Assembly: GCA_039818205.1 (NCBI GenBank) | Contig: JBCBUK010000015.1 | Location: forward strand, 38,980 to 102,979 | Source: Verrucomicrobiota bacterium | GTDB taxonomy: Bacteria; Verrucomicrobiota; Verrucomicrobiia; Opitutales; Cerasicoccaceae | Reading direction: 5' to 3' | DNA length: 64,000 bases | Shown: positions 1 through 10,350 of the stretch, one piece after another | Numbering within the stretch: position 1 is the first letter of the stretch | Layout of the letters: each line of letters begins with the position of its first letter | Made by a program: the position numbers and the translations under genes | Notes under the pieces: model-generated | Databases searched by the model: none | What the model saw: the letters and a program-made list of their open reading frames with translations, nothing else | Told to the model about the DNA's origin: nothing

Positions 1-2241
1 CAGGATGCAGATGGTAACGCGGTTTCTCGCGACCCGGACCTTGCTGGCGATCGAGTATTATTTAGCGACCTCGATCCGAGCCTGAATGGCGACACCATTC
101 AATTGGATACCGATATTACGCTTGGAGTCTTGGTGATCGACAACGACGATGCCTTTACCATCTCGTCGGACAATAATGGCGATGAGTTTTTCTTCGACAA
201 TAACGGCAGCGATGCATTCCTGACGGTCCAGGGATCGAGTAGCCCAACGATTGATCGCGAGATCGAAATGCAAGATGATCTGGTGATTACCAACAACTCA
301 TCGGGCACCTTGACGATTACCGATGCGACCAGCGGAGGCTTCGATATTAACACCAGTAATTCTGGTAGCAACGAGCTGACCTTTCGCGGCACTGGGTTCA
401 CCTTGATCGAGAGCGATATTATTGGCAGCGGTTCGGTTGTTAAAACCGGCAGTGGAACGTTGCGACTGACCGATAACAGCACCGTCACTGGTGGATTCAC
501 GATCGAGGAAGGCACCGTTCAAGCGGCGAATAATCAGGCATTCGGAACCGGCACTATCGACATCGATGGCGGAACCATTGAAGCCTTCGGCAGCAATCGC
601 AACATTAGTGAGGCCTACAACATCAACAATGATTTCACCTTCGGAAATGCAGATGGCAGCGATATACTATTTTCTGGTAACGGTGTTCTGGCCGCTGGCG
701 AACAGACCATCACCGTTGAAAATGGAATCACCGCGACCTTAGGTGCGGCCGGCAATCTTACGGGTACGGGTTCGATTGTAAAGGAGGGCGATGGCACGCT
801 CGCTTTCGGCGGTAACGACAACAGCTTCTCGGGTGACGTAACGATCAATGACGGAACGGCGGAGGTGTCCTCGGGTGGCACTTCGATCACGCTTGCGGGA
901 TCTCAAGGTAGCCAGAACTTCATGGGAACGGGCGACGTCACCGTAAACTCAGGCGGAACGCTTTCATTATCTAACACCGTTGATCTGACAATCGCGAGTG
1001 GAGGGACGGTGACGAATACGGGCGGAACGATCACCGCCAATATTGGAAACGGGAACAACGATGACATCGTTTTCGCGGGTAACTTCAATCAAACCGGTGG
1101 AAATTCAACGTTTACCGCTTCGGACAATATCAGACAGACCGGAACAAGTCAGATTTTGGTCTCTGGCGGAGACTTGGCGCTTAACCTGCAAGATGATTTT
1201 TCGACCGGCGATGGTGGGTCGACCTTCAGTACAACGAATGGAGCGACCTCGTCTGTAACCCTGAATACTGGGGTCGGTTCGAGCCAGTTTACATTGTCTG
1301 AGAATGACTTCTTAACGGTCGACGGGAGTGGATCGACTCTTACGGTGACTACTGAGGATAACGGTAGTGTGAATCTTGATGGAACGATTCAGCTGTCAAA
1401 CTCAGGGCAAATGATCGTTGCGCAGGGGCCTACAACTTTCGGTGCGAACTCGACTTTCGATGGTAGCGATGCATTGACCGCCGGAACACTGGAGGTTCGC
1501 GATGATTTAACGTTCACGAGCGGCATGGATATTGCCAATGCGCCAAATATCACATTGAACATCGCAGGTGGTGATTCTTCGGTGATCACTGCGGCAGCTG
1601 CTTCGACAAATATAGAAAACCTGGGCGTGATAACCAAAACTGGAGATGGTGATACGACGATCGGAAGCAACCTGAACAACTTGCAGGGTAGCAAGATTCT
1701 CATCAATGGTGGAACGTTGTTCAACAGCAGCGACAATCAGATCGAGAACAATACGGCTTTGGAATTTGCGGATAATGGCAGTGGAGTCACGACTCCAACT
1801 TGGAATCTCGATGATCGTAGCGAGGTACTTGGATCGCTCACACTGAGCAACAATTCGACTGTTGAGTTGGACTTTGGAAGTGATGCTGGGGATGGCGGCG
1901 TCGTCCAGTTTGCCGATAGCTCTGGCGCACTTTGGAGTGGTTCGGGTACGCTCAGCATTGATAACTGGAATGGATCCACATCGGGTGGTGGTTTAGATCA
2001 ACTATTTGCTGGTTCGAGCAGTAGCGGACTAACCAGTAGCCAACTTTCGCGCATCAAGTTCTTCAACCCAGCGGGATTAACGCCAGGAGTTTATGACGCC
2101 AGAATTCTTTCAACAGGCGAGATTGTTCCGGTTCAAGCAGTGCCGGAACCTGGTACCTACCTCGCGGGCGCCGGTTTAGTTGGTTTGCTTGTCGTGCTAG
2201 AGATTCGACGACGGCAGAGGCAGCAGTCAATCAGTTCATAG
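1..2241 (+). CDS. PEP-CTERM surface protein with autotransporter-associated beta-strand repeats (5' partial)
   Basis: Frame is open from base 1 (QDADGNAVSRDPDL...). Repeats VVKTGSGTLRL, IVKEGDGTLAF, ITKTGDGDTTI; C-terminal VPEPGTY, TM helix and RRRQR. Confidence 0.9.
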   Translation, partial: QDADGNAVSRDPDLAGDRVLFSDLDPSLNGDTIQLDTDITLGVLVIDNDDAFTISSDNNGDEFFFDNNGSDAFLTVQGSSSPTIDREIEMQDDLVITNNSSGTLTITDATSGGFDINTSNSGSNELTFRGTGFTLIESDIIGSGSVVKTGSGTLRLTDNSTVTGGFTIEEGTVQAANNQAFGTGTIDIDGGTIEAFGSNRNISEAYNINNDFTFGNADGSDILFSGNGVLAAGEQTITVENGITATLGAAGNLTGTGSIVKEGDGTLAFGGNDNSFSGDVTINDGTAEVSSGGTSITLAGSQGSQNFMGTGDVTVNSGGTLSLSNTVDLTIASGGTVTNTGGTITANIGNGNNDDIVFAGNFNQTGGNSTFTASDNIRQTGTSQILVSGGDLALNLQDDFSTGDGGSTFSTTNGATSSVTLNTGVGSSQFTLSENDFLTVDGSGSTLTVTTEDNGSVNLDGTIQLSNSGQMIVAQGPTTFGANSTFDGSDALTAGTLEVRDDLTFTSGMDIANAPNITLNIAGGDSSVITAAAASTNIENLGVITKTGDGDTTIGSNLNNLQGSKILINGGTLFNSSDNQIENNTALEFADNGSGVTTPTWNLDDRSEVLGSLTLSNNSTVELDFGSDAGDGGVVQFADSSGALWSGSGTLSIDNWNGSTSGGGLDQLFAGSSSSGLTSSQLSRIKFFNPAGLTPGVYDARILSTGEIVPVQAVPEPGTYLAGAGLVGLLVVLEIRRRQRQQSISS

Positions 2242-2364
2242 CTTAAGATCTCTTGCAAAAGTGCGTTTGACATCCGGCCGTCGCTAGAGTGGCCCGCTAT
2301 TCTGTTGTTCAATCTTGGAGCTCTCAAATTGTCTAGTCGCTGCCGTGGCCATACGAGCTACTCA

Positions 2365-2401
2365 GCCAAAAATGCTTCGACCTTGGTGAAGTATTTTTGG
2401 C
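2365..2401. terminator. Hairpin, probable bidirectional terminator
   Basis: GCCAAAAATGCTTC ... GAAGTATTTTTGGC inverted repeat between convergent transcription units. Confidence 0.6.
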
Positions 2402-2572
2402 GGCTTCGGGAAGCATCACATCAAGGGCGATGGCATCTTACTCTCAGTATTGGGCGTGGTAGATTCCTTCAGAACCATTCCCAACTGTGTCGGCAAGATA
2501 GCTGGATTCAGTGAGAACCTGCTCCAGGCTGATTCGTACATCTCGACAGCCATCGATTACCAATACTTTCAT
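2402..2572 (-). pseudogene. Decayed OmpR-type response-regulator receiver domain fragment
   Basis: Manual translation: MKVLVIDGCRDVRISLEQVLTESSYLADTVGNGSEGIYHAQY*E*DAIALDVMLPEA. Receiver-domain pattern including LDVMLP, two in-frame stops, then truncation. Confidence 0.8.
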
Positions 2573-2681
2573 CGAAATCTAAAGTCAGCTTCCTACACTA
2601 GCATACCTTAGGTGAATGCCTTTGAATTGTATTAGGTGACAAGAACTACGATGGACAACGAGTCTTCTTGCAGCCGCATCT

Positions 2682-5600
2682 CTACTGATTTGATGAGCCA
2701 TCATCGTCGGGTTCTCGATCTATGGATCTTTGCTCAGGGTTCTCGATGCCGGTGTGCCGGAAAAGCAGGTGGAACGCTGCGAGTATTTGATCGAGCGTAT
2801 CGTCTGTTCGTTCGTCTAGGGACAGCTTGGGCAAAACAACACTCGGTCGGTCGGCGAGTTTGTCGCCGAGTTTTTCGATGGCATTGGCAAAGAGTTGCGC
2901 AGACTCGTTCCCTTGAGCAGTTGCTTCGGTACCTCGGGTGGCAGATTCGATCGTTCGGGCTAGTTGGTCAAGCACTTCGGACGTCTCTTTGGATAAAGCG
3001 ATTTCAGGCTTCTCTGCCTGGTCTGTAGTGAGTATTTTTTTCAGCCCAGCCAATGATTCAGCATCGATTTGGAAGGGTTGTTGCGGGGATGGTTTCGGTA
3101 TGAGCGTCGCGAGCTTAGTTAGTGTTTGCTCGTCGATCTGGAGAGGTCGAGCTTCGGGTCTAGGTGGTAGGATTGCCTTAAGTTTTTCGAGGGTCTCGTC
3201 GTCGAATGAAACCGGTTGGCGCATAGCGGCCAGGCGCTCACCCAGTCCTTCGAGGCCAGAGCTCAATGCCATATTGTTATCGGCTAGTTGATTGACGACT
3301 TTGTTAACTGGATCGCTCTCTGATCCACCGAGTATCTTGTTTTTGACGAAGCGTTTCTTGATCTCCTCCCAGCGCTCAATTTCCGGTTCAGTGATTTTAC
3401 CTTCTAGTTGACGAAATTTTAATAGGTTCGCCTCGGCACCATTGGTCAAGGTCTGTGCCTCGTTCTCGTAGTGGTCGTCGATAATGGATTCGACTTCGTC
3501 ATCGGTCATTATCGGGAGGAGTTTCTCCGCAATTCGGTTCATGTTCCGGTAAGAGCCCTGCAGTTTAAACGGCGGCTCGGTTCGGAATTCATCGGCTTGT
3601 GCTGCGCTTTTGATATACTCGAGGTTTACGCGTAAAATCGTGTCTCGGACTCGCATCATTTTCTTCATGACACCGACCATTTCTTCGGTCTCTTCAGCGG
3701 TATAGCTGCCTTCAAAATCGACACCTTCGCGAATGCCGGTCTTTGCTATTTTGATGACTGCATAGACATCTTTTCGGCTTCGATTGGACAGAGGGCGAAG
3801 CGCGGCATTTGACGTGAGGGCATTCTCCAAATAGCTGTTCTCAAAGGCGCTGTGGTGCCCGCCAACAATGTCGCCAAGGTTGTAGGTATCGGCGCGGTTC
3901 GCCAGCATATCGGGGATTTGGAACTTGCCGCCGGTTTCAGTGTATGGGTTGCCAGCCATCACGACTGCAACTTTGCGACCTTTGAGATCATAAGTTCTCG
4001 CTTTTCCTTTGTAGACACCTTCGATTTTCCGTTGGGCATCGCATAAGGAAATGAACTTCTGGAGTAGCTCGGGATTGCAGTGCTGGATGTCGTCGAGGTA
4101 AATCATGACATTGTCACCCATCTCGAAGGCTAGGTTTAGCTTCTCAACTTCTTCAGCAGCAGCTTTGTTGGGTGCCTCTTCTGGATCGATACTGGTAACA
4201 TGGTGACCGATTGCGGGTCCGTTGATTTTGACGAAAGTTATCCCTAGGCGATTGGCAACATACTCCATGAGGGTCGTTTTACCATACCCGGGTGGGGAGA
4301 TTAGGAGCAACATCCCCATGCGGTCGGTGCGGGCATCTTCGCCGGCGGTACCGATCTGTTTGGCGAGATTCTCACCAATGACTGGAAGATATACTTTATC
4401 GAGTAGTTGATTTCGAACAAAGGCACTCATCACTCGAGGCTTCATTTCCTCCAAACGGAGGTCGTCTTTTACTAGGTCGACCAGTTCGGCTTTGCGATCC
4501 AGGTAGCGTCGATAGGTTGGGACGACCTCGCGCTCATGATGGCGAAGCTTCATGAGAAAGTGGTTGTAGTTGAGGTGCAGCTTCCGGTCTACAATGATTG
4601 GGTGATCGCCTCGGAGGCCGTCGATGTCGACTTCTATGGGCACTTCTACAATATGACGCTTTTCGATTGGTCCACGCAGCAAGTGAGCGGCCGCCTCGTC
4701 GATATATTCAAAGTCTCGTTCGGGTAAGTTCTGGGTCAACGCAAAGCCACGAAGCCAGTCACGTAGGATCTGAAACTCACCTGCGGCATCGTTCTTCATT
4801 GCAGCTCGGGCATCTTCAATCTTCTCGGTATAGCGTTTAGCGACAAGTTCGTGATGGAAGGCTTCCGCTAGCGCAGCGGACTCCCGAGAAATCGCGTAAG
4901 ACTCTCGGTCGACTAATTCAAAGAAGAGATACTCGGCCGCGTCCTCCGAAAACTGGTGATCGCAAAGCATATGTTCGGAGCGAAAGGCCTCAATACGGAG
5001 TTTAAGTTCTCCGATATAGCCTTTTTGTGAATGGTGCTCGGGGAACAAGCGAAGCATCTCACCGAACGCGTCGACTTTCGCAGCCAAAAGGTCATCGCTA
5101 TTCTGCTCAGTACTGAAGTGCTTCCAGTAGACTAATGCGAGCGCACGAGCGGTCGGATGATAGCGAAGAAGGCCGACCGATGTATGAATATCCAGCAGAG
5201 CATTAATGAGCTTTTGCCCGTCCTCGTCGTGGACACCTTTCATGTAGGCTTCGTCGTATCGAGGCGCCATGAATTTTTGTACCAACTCGATTTGAGCCGA
5301 TTCTTCCATTGTCTGATAGTCTTCGGTTGAAATCCTGAGCTCGCTTGATATCTCTGGCAATGGAGTTTCGAAGTGCTTCAGTAGCTGATAGGCGAGAAAC
5401 TCTCCCCGGTAAACACTGTCGGTTTCGCTGACAGTGCTCATTTCCCAAACGGGTTTTGTTTCAAGCAGAACTGAATCATCAATGCGCTCGAAGAACTGAG
5501 TCCCGGCTAGGTGGAAGTAAATATCGTCTTCTCGCTGCACCGTCGTTAATGCCAGTTCTTGAGTGTTGACGCTGAATCGATAGCGCCCAAACCGTATGAT

Positions 5601-8165
5601 ATCTTCACCGTCGACGAAGAGCTCTTGTTTATCTTTCAGTTGGCGAATCGCGTCGCTCTGAATGGTTTTCAGCTGACCGAGGATATCGTCGCCCTTGAGG
5701 TTTTCGCCTATCTGGTTGAGTTCGCCCGCGAGATCGCGGACCTTTTCAACCATTAGGTCGCTGGCGAAATAGCCATTGATATCGGTTGTCTCTTTAAAGC
5801 CTTTCGCTCGATTCTCAATCCCATGAAGGATCCGTTTTGCGCTGGCAATGAGGCGAGTAGTTTGCCGGTTGCGGGCCTCTTGTAAGGCCATTTTCTTTGT
5901 CTCGAAGGCATTGTATAGCTCGTCTCGTTTCGTTGAGAGCTCATCCAGATACTCGTCAAAATCGGAGTATCGGCTCTCTAGCTCCTCAAGCTGAATCATC
6001 AACTTAGAGAGGTAATCGTCACACTGCGCTGGCGTGTCGCAGATGTCCAAATAGTTGGCGACCGCCTGATTCAGTAGCTTAAGTTGCGCATTGAACTGAG
6101 CTGCTCCTTCCGACTTCATCAGCTCTTTCCGGCGATTCTTCAGCTCATTTCTAATCTGATTTAGACGGGAGTAGATATTGGAAACTGAATCAATGATGCG
6201 AGTTGTCTGAGTGGCGTCTTCAATTTTGAGATTCCCGACAATTTCGATAAGTAGTTCGAGCTCTGCACCAGCTTCTCCCAGTTTTTCTTCAATCTCATTT
6301 GCCTCAGTTACCTTCTCAATGGATTCAAGAGCTTCTGCCTGTAACTCGACGGCCTCCCGATATGGGTCTAGGGCTTCATCAAGGAGTAAAAATTCCACTG
6401 CTTGGTGAGCCACTTGTTCGGATAGCCCGCGCACCTGCTCTTCCATCGTTTGGGTAAGTGCTATCTCCGCATAGCGCAAATCGCGCAGGCCAATGATCTC
6501 ACCCCGTAGCGTTCGAAGGTCTGCAAGGCTACGCACAAAGCCCATAATATCATCTGGGCGAGTACTACCGATCTCAGTGGTTAGCTGACGGACTCGCTTC
6601 GAAACATCTTTTGTTTGCTCTTTGGTGGCCTTGCGTATTCGTCGCACTTTGTCGAACTCATCGATAGCGCTTTGAGCCGTCTTGTTGATCGACTGTAGCG
6701 TGGCGCGGATATTTCCGGCTTCGTCATTATCGAGCCAGAAGTAGGTGTCGAGAACATCGCTGGTCAATTTCACGAGGTCGATATAGATGCCTGAGTAGGT
6801 CTCGTCCTTTTGCAAAAGATTATACACTTCATAGCATTCGCTCATTGCGCGAACGACTTCTTTGTTTCCCACTTTGAAAAGATAACTATCTGCCTTGCCG
6901 GTGGGAGGCAAACTGTCACTTGCATAGGGGGTTTGCCAGATCTGCAGCGAATGATGTTTCTGAGCTTCCTGATCTCCTCGAATGTAAACCATCTCACCGT
7001 TGTCAAAGATGGTAAAGCCGTGACAGATAATCGGTGTCGAAACGGTTTGTCGAATCAGGTTGTAACTCATCAAGACGTATTCTCCGCCACCCCGTTCGTA
7101 GAACGAGAAAAGGAAGTCTTCCCCGTTGGGTGCCTTGACCAATCGCTCGAACCACATGTTGCTGTGTTCGCTATCGAATAGCTTGCACTCGCCGTTGTGC
7201 AGGTAATAGCCATTGGCAAAAATGACTCCCTGGTCTTCGGGGAGCGCGACACAGCTTGTGCCGATGGCATCCGTCCGCTGAACTTCATTTACTTTGCTGT
7301 TGAAAATGAAGTAGCGGATATCTTTTTCCTGATAGGGCTTGATACGAAGGAGAACTAGGTCGCCCACGACTGCGTAAAAGATGTCCGCATCGTCGAGAGT
7401 CTGGTCAACATGATCAACAGGCTCCGAGTAGATGCCTTCACCACTCTCCGTGTTGTCTTCAACCTTAATGGTCAGGTCGCCGCCAACAGTCTCGACAAAG
7501 AGTTTGTCTTCAATTGAAACATGGGGGTGTTGGCCGCTCCGTTGCATGTCTCTATGCGCCCGCTTCCACTCGAAGGTATGCTGAGACGGAAATCGATACT
7601 CTGGGTCAAATCGATTGCCGAGATACTCCAAGCCGTCGTCGGTAATCAACCATTTGAAGACTTTTATGTCGCGGACATCTTCGCTGATCCGAAACGCCAT
7701 GTAGAGCTGCTGGCCAACTACAAGGAATTTTACAAAAGTGGTCGACTTGTAATACTTGTATAAGTATGCGAAGTCTTCGCGAAACTCGACGTTGGCTAGC
7801 AGGACTAGAGATTCGGAGTGGAACGATTTGTCTTCGGTTAGGTGAAAAACGGCAAAGACATCGCCGATCTCCATCTGAGACTTTAATCCGAGTTTGACGT
7901 TATAGCCAAATAGAAATCGGTTGCCTGGCAGGGCGAACATGTCTCGCGGCACACAGTTGTGTGCAGTCGTGACTCGATCCGTTGCTACTAACCGATTCTC
8001 GATGGCGCCGAATACGACCTGCCGTTGCGCATCGAGTAGATTCAACCGCTCGAGCAGCTCGGAACCCTGTTGGTCAAGGCGTTGGCGAATAACTTCGTAG
8101 GCGCCGCCTTCGAGCCGTTCGCTCGAGGCCTTTGTCGTATCGTTCTTCGTGGCGGTTTCTGCCAT
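2682..8165 (-). CDS. Giant AAA+ ATPase (DUF3686 'DNA repair ATPase' family): beta-rich N-domain, long helical/coiled-coil stalk, MoxR/dynein-like AAA+ domain
   Basis: Walker A ISPPGYGKTT, Walker B MIYLDDIQH, sensor-1 MAGNPY, putative Arg finger MLANRAD. Likely start is MAETATK at 8165. Confidence 0.85.
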   Translation of the reverse strand: MAETATKNDTTKASSERLEGGAYEVIRQRLDQQGSELLERLNLLDAQRQVVFGAIENRLVATDRVTTAHNCVPRDMFALPGNRFLFGYNVKLGLKSQMEIGDVFAVFHLTEDKSFHSESLVLLANVEFREDFAYLYKYYKSTTFVKFLVVGQQLYMAFRISEDVRDIKVFKWLITDDGLEYLGNRFDPEYRFPSQHTFEWKRAHRDMQRSGQHPHVSIEDKLFVETVGGDLTIKVEDNTESGEGIYSEPVDHVDQTLDDADIFYAVVGDLVLLRIKPYQEKDIRYFIFNSKVNEVQRTDAIGTSCVALPEDQGVIFANGYYLHNGECKLFDSEHSNMWFERLVKAPNGEDFLFSFYERGGGEYVLMSYNLIRQTVSTPIICHGFTIFDNGEMVYIRGDQEAQKHHSLQIWQTPYASDSLPPTGKADSYLFKVGNKEVVRAMSECYEVYNLLQKDETYSGIYIDLVKLTSDVLDTYFWLDNDEAGNIRATLQSINKTAQSAIDEFDKVRRIRKATKEQTKDVSKRVRQLTTEIGSTRPDDIMGFVRSLADLRTLRGEIIGLRDLRYAEIALTQTMEEQVRGLSEQVAHQAVEFLLLDEALDPYREAVELQAEALESIEKVTEANEIEEKLGEAGAELELLIEIVGNLKIEDATQTTRIIDSVSNIYSRLNQIRNELKNRRKELMKSEGAAQFNAQLKLLNQAVANYLDICDTPAQCDDYLSKLMIQLEELESRYSDFDEYLDELSTKRDELYNAFETKKMALQEARNRQTTRLIASAKRILHGIENRAKGFKETTDINGYFASDLMVEKVRDLAGELNQIGENLKGDDILGQLKTIQSDAIRQLKDKQELFVDGEDIIRFGRYRFSVNTQELALTTVQREDDIYFHLAGTQFFERIDDSVLLETKPVWEMSTVSETDSVYRGEFLAYQLLKHFETPLPEISSELRISTEDYQTMEESAQIELVQKFMAPRYDEAYMKGVHDEDGQKLINALLDIHTSVGLLRYHPTARALALVYWKHFSTEQNSDDLLAAKVDAFGEMLRLFPEHHSQKGYIGELKLRIEAFRSEHMLCDHQFSEDAAEYLFFELVDRESYAISRESAALAEAFHHELVAKRYTEKIEDARAAMKNDAAGEFQILRDWLRGFALTQNLPERDFEYIDEAAAHLLRGPIEKRHIVEVPIEVDIDGLRGDHPIIVDRKLHLNYNHFLMKLRHHEREVVPTYRRYLDRKAELVDLVKDDLRLEEMKPRVMSAFVRNQLLDKVYLPVIGENLAKQIGTAGEDARTDRMGMLLLISPPGYGKTTLMEYVANRLGITFVKINGPAIGHHVTSIDPEEAPNKAAAEEVEKLNLAFEMGDNVMIYLDDIQHCNPELLQKFISLCDAQRKIEGVYKGKARTYDLKGRKVAVVMAGNPYTETGGKFQIPDMLANRADTYNLGDIVGGHHSAFENSYLENALTSNAALRPLSNRSRKDVYAVIKIAKTGIREGVDFEGSYTAEETEEMVGVMKKMMRVRDTILRVNLEYIKSAAQADEFRTEPPFKLQGSYRNMNRIAEKLLPIMTDDEVESIIDDHYENEAQTLTNGAEANLLKFRQLEGKITEPEIERWEEIKKRFVKNKILGGSESDPVNKVVNQLADNNMALSSGLEGLGERLAAMRQPVSFDDETLEKLKAILPPRPEARPLQIDEQTLTKLATLIPKPSPQQPFQIDAESLAGLKKILTTDQAEKPEIALSKETSEVLDQLARTIESATRGTEATAQGNESAQLFANAIEKLGDKLADRPSVVLPKLSLDERTDDTLDQILAAFHLLFRHTGIENPEQRSIDREPDDDGSSNQ

Positions 8166-8264
8166 AGTTGTTTTGGCTCCCAGCTGGTGGAGATTTACAC
8201 AGACCTTCGATGACACCGCTGCCTTCTCGAGAAACGGTGTGTCGATGCCCAGTTGGTTCGGAAA

Positions 8265-10313
8265 CTAGTTCTGAAAAAGCTGGTCGAGGAACTCTCCTGC
8301 TTTTTTGCCACTGATTCCATATTTCTCGGCGAGAGACTTTAGGTCGGTCACCTCCTTTTTATCCTGCCCTTCAGCTTGATCGGATATCCGTGCAAGTAAT
8401 GCGGCGATAGAGAGGTTCTTGATGTCCTCAGAGGAGATGTTGAACTGTTCGGTCCACTCCTTCAGCTTCGCTTTGAAGTACTCACCATTGCCATTGAAGA
8501 AGGTTTCCTTGACGTCCGTTAGCGCCTTCGAGTTGTCCATTAGACGGTCAATAGATTTTCCGCGCGAGACTGCACCTACAACTCGGTCGTAGAAGTCGGT
8601 GTTGCCACCCACAATATCGACGCGAGTATTCTTGAGCGCCGCTCCAAGAACCTGTGCTTGGTGTTCGGCAATCTTCTCATTGACCTCTATTTCTGCGAGC
8701 TCAACTTCCTTGTCCTTCTGGAGCCGCAGCTTGAATTCTTCATGTTCTTTGCCGGCCTCGTTGAATACCTTCATTGCTTCAGCCTTTTTATTAATGCCCT
8801 CTGCCTCGGCCAGGTATTTCTTTTCGTCAGCGCTTGCTTCAGCCGCTCCCTTCTCGCCGATGCCTTTTGCTTCGGCAAGGAACTTCTTCTCGGCTACAGA
8901 TGCCTCGGCTTCACCTTGCTTCTGGTAGGCATCAGCTTTGGCTTCTAAGACTTTCGCTTCACCCAAGCCCATCGCGGCGGCTTCGGCCGTTCGGCCGTCA
9001 GCCAAGGTTTTCTTGGCGGCGGAATCACGTCCAGCAGCTGTTTCCCGCGCTTCGGCTGAGATGACGGTCTCTTCGGCTTCAAGCTCGATCGCTTTCTTGG
9101 ATGATTCGGCTTTGCGGACTTCGTGGTAGTAGAGTTCATCGGCTTTCAGTTGCTCGGCCTCTTTGCTCGCTTGCGCGGTTTTGACCTTCTCGACCAATTG
9201 TTCTTCAGCCCTTTGTTCGGCTGCCGTAATCGCAACTTTCTTCTCTCGCTCTGCGCCAGCAAACGCTTCGGTGTCTTTGATTTTTTCTTGTTCAACGACC
9301 ACGGTTTTTTCCACCATGACTCGTTCTTTGATTACCTCTTGAATCTCACGTTTTTCTTTTTCAACGGCTTTATCTTTCTCGATATCAGCCAATGACGTAA
9401 CTTTGTCACGCTCTACGACTTCGAGTTGGCGGTCGCGCTCTACCCGCTCAGTTTCAACCGCATCGGTGCGCTGCTTGTTTTTCTGGGCTACAATAATTTG
9501 CCGCTCCTTATTTTCCTCGGCAATTGAGATCTCTTCTTCGGTTACGATGCGTGCTTGCTCGGCCCGCAAGCGTTGCTCCTCGTGCACGCGTGCTGCCTCA
9601 GCTTCTTCGCGTGAGGTTATAACGGATATCTCACGTTTTTGTTTCTGCTCAGCTTCCGCTTGTTGCTTCTCAAGTTCCAACACGGCTTCACGTGCTTCAA
9701 CGTTCTGTTTGGTGATCGTTTTGATGCGATCCTGGTCAATCTGGTTCGCTAAGATTTTCTCGCGGGATGTCCGGTCGGTAATCTTTTTGATGCCTTCGGC
9801 ATCTAGAATATTCTGGGGATTGAGGTCGTTGATCGACGTCTGCTCTAGAAAGTCGATCGCAGCATCATCCAGAACATATCCGTTCAGGTCGGTTCCGATA
9901 ACTTTGGTGATTTCATCGCGGAAGCTTTCGCGTTCGATATAGAGTTCTTCGAAGTCGAACTGCTTGCCAACGGTTTTCAATGCCTCGGAAAACTTCGCGT
10001 CGAAAAGTTCCTTGATCTTTTCCGGATCGCTGGCGCGGTCGCAACCGATCGTGGTCGCAACTTGGCGGACGTCTTCAATGGTGTTGTTGACCCGAACGAA
10101 GAAGTCGACGGTGATGTCGGCGCGGATGTTGTCTTTACAGATTAATCCTTCCTTGCCGCGTCGATCAACGCGAACGCGCTTGATGGAGATGTCCATCCGC
10201 TCCAGTAGGTGGGCGAACGGAAGAACAAACATTCCCGAAAAGGAGACCTGGGTGCCACCGATGCCGGTGCGAACCATTGCAAGGCCCTTCTTAGTCTTAC
10301 GATATACGATCAT
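8265..10313 (-). CDS. Flotillin/YqiK-like SPFH protein with long EA-rich coiled coil
   Basis: GLICKDNIRADITVDFFVRVN and FSEALKTVGKQFDF SPFH motifs; AE/EA-rich tail; no N-terminal TM helix. Confidence 0.9.
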   Translation of the reverse strand: MIVYRKTKKGLAMVRTGIGGTQVSFSGMFVLPFAHLLERMDISIKRVRVDRRGKEGLICKDNIRADITVDFFVRVNNTIEDVRQVATTIGCDRASDPEKIKELFDAKFSEALKTVGKQFDFEELYIERESFRDEITKVIGTDLNGYVLDDAAIDFLEQTSINDLNPQNILDAEGIKKITDRTSREKILANQIDQDRIKTITKQNVEAREAVLELEKQQAEAEQKQKREISVITSREEAEAARVHEEQRLRAEQARIVTEEEISIAEENKERQIIVAQKNKQRTDAVETERVERDRQLEVVERDKVTSLADIEKDKAVEKEKREIQEVIKERVMVEKTVVVEQEKIKDTEAFAGAEREKKVAITAAEQRAEEQLVEKVKTAQASKEAEQLKADELYYHEVRKAESSKKAIELEAEETVISAEARETAAGRDSAAKKTLADGRTAEAAAMGLGEAKVLEAKADAYQKQGEAEASVAEKKFLAEAKGIGEKGAAEASADEKKYLAEAEGINKKAEAMKVFNEAGKEHEEFKLRLQKDKEVELAEIEVNEKIAEHQAQVLGAALKNTRVDIVGGNTDFYDRVVGAVSRGKSIDRLMDNSKALTDVKETFFNGNGEYFKAKLKEWTEQFNISSEDIKNLSIAALLARISDQAEGQDKKEVTDLKSLAEKYGISGKKAGEFLDQLFQN

Positions 10314-10350
10314 GATTCGATAGTTGTTTCAATATTGTTGTTTAAAAGTG

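Noticed and set aside
2305..2514. 69-aa plus-strand ORF
   Set aside because: No recognisable features; it overlaps a hairpin and the antisense receiver-domain pseudogene.
2682..8165. SMC/Rad50/RecN-type DNA repair function
   Set aside because: The ATPase is a contiguous C-terminal AAA+ module, not a split ABC head, and no nuclease partner is nearby.
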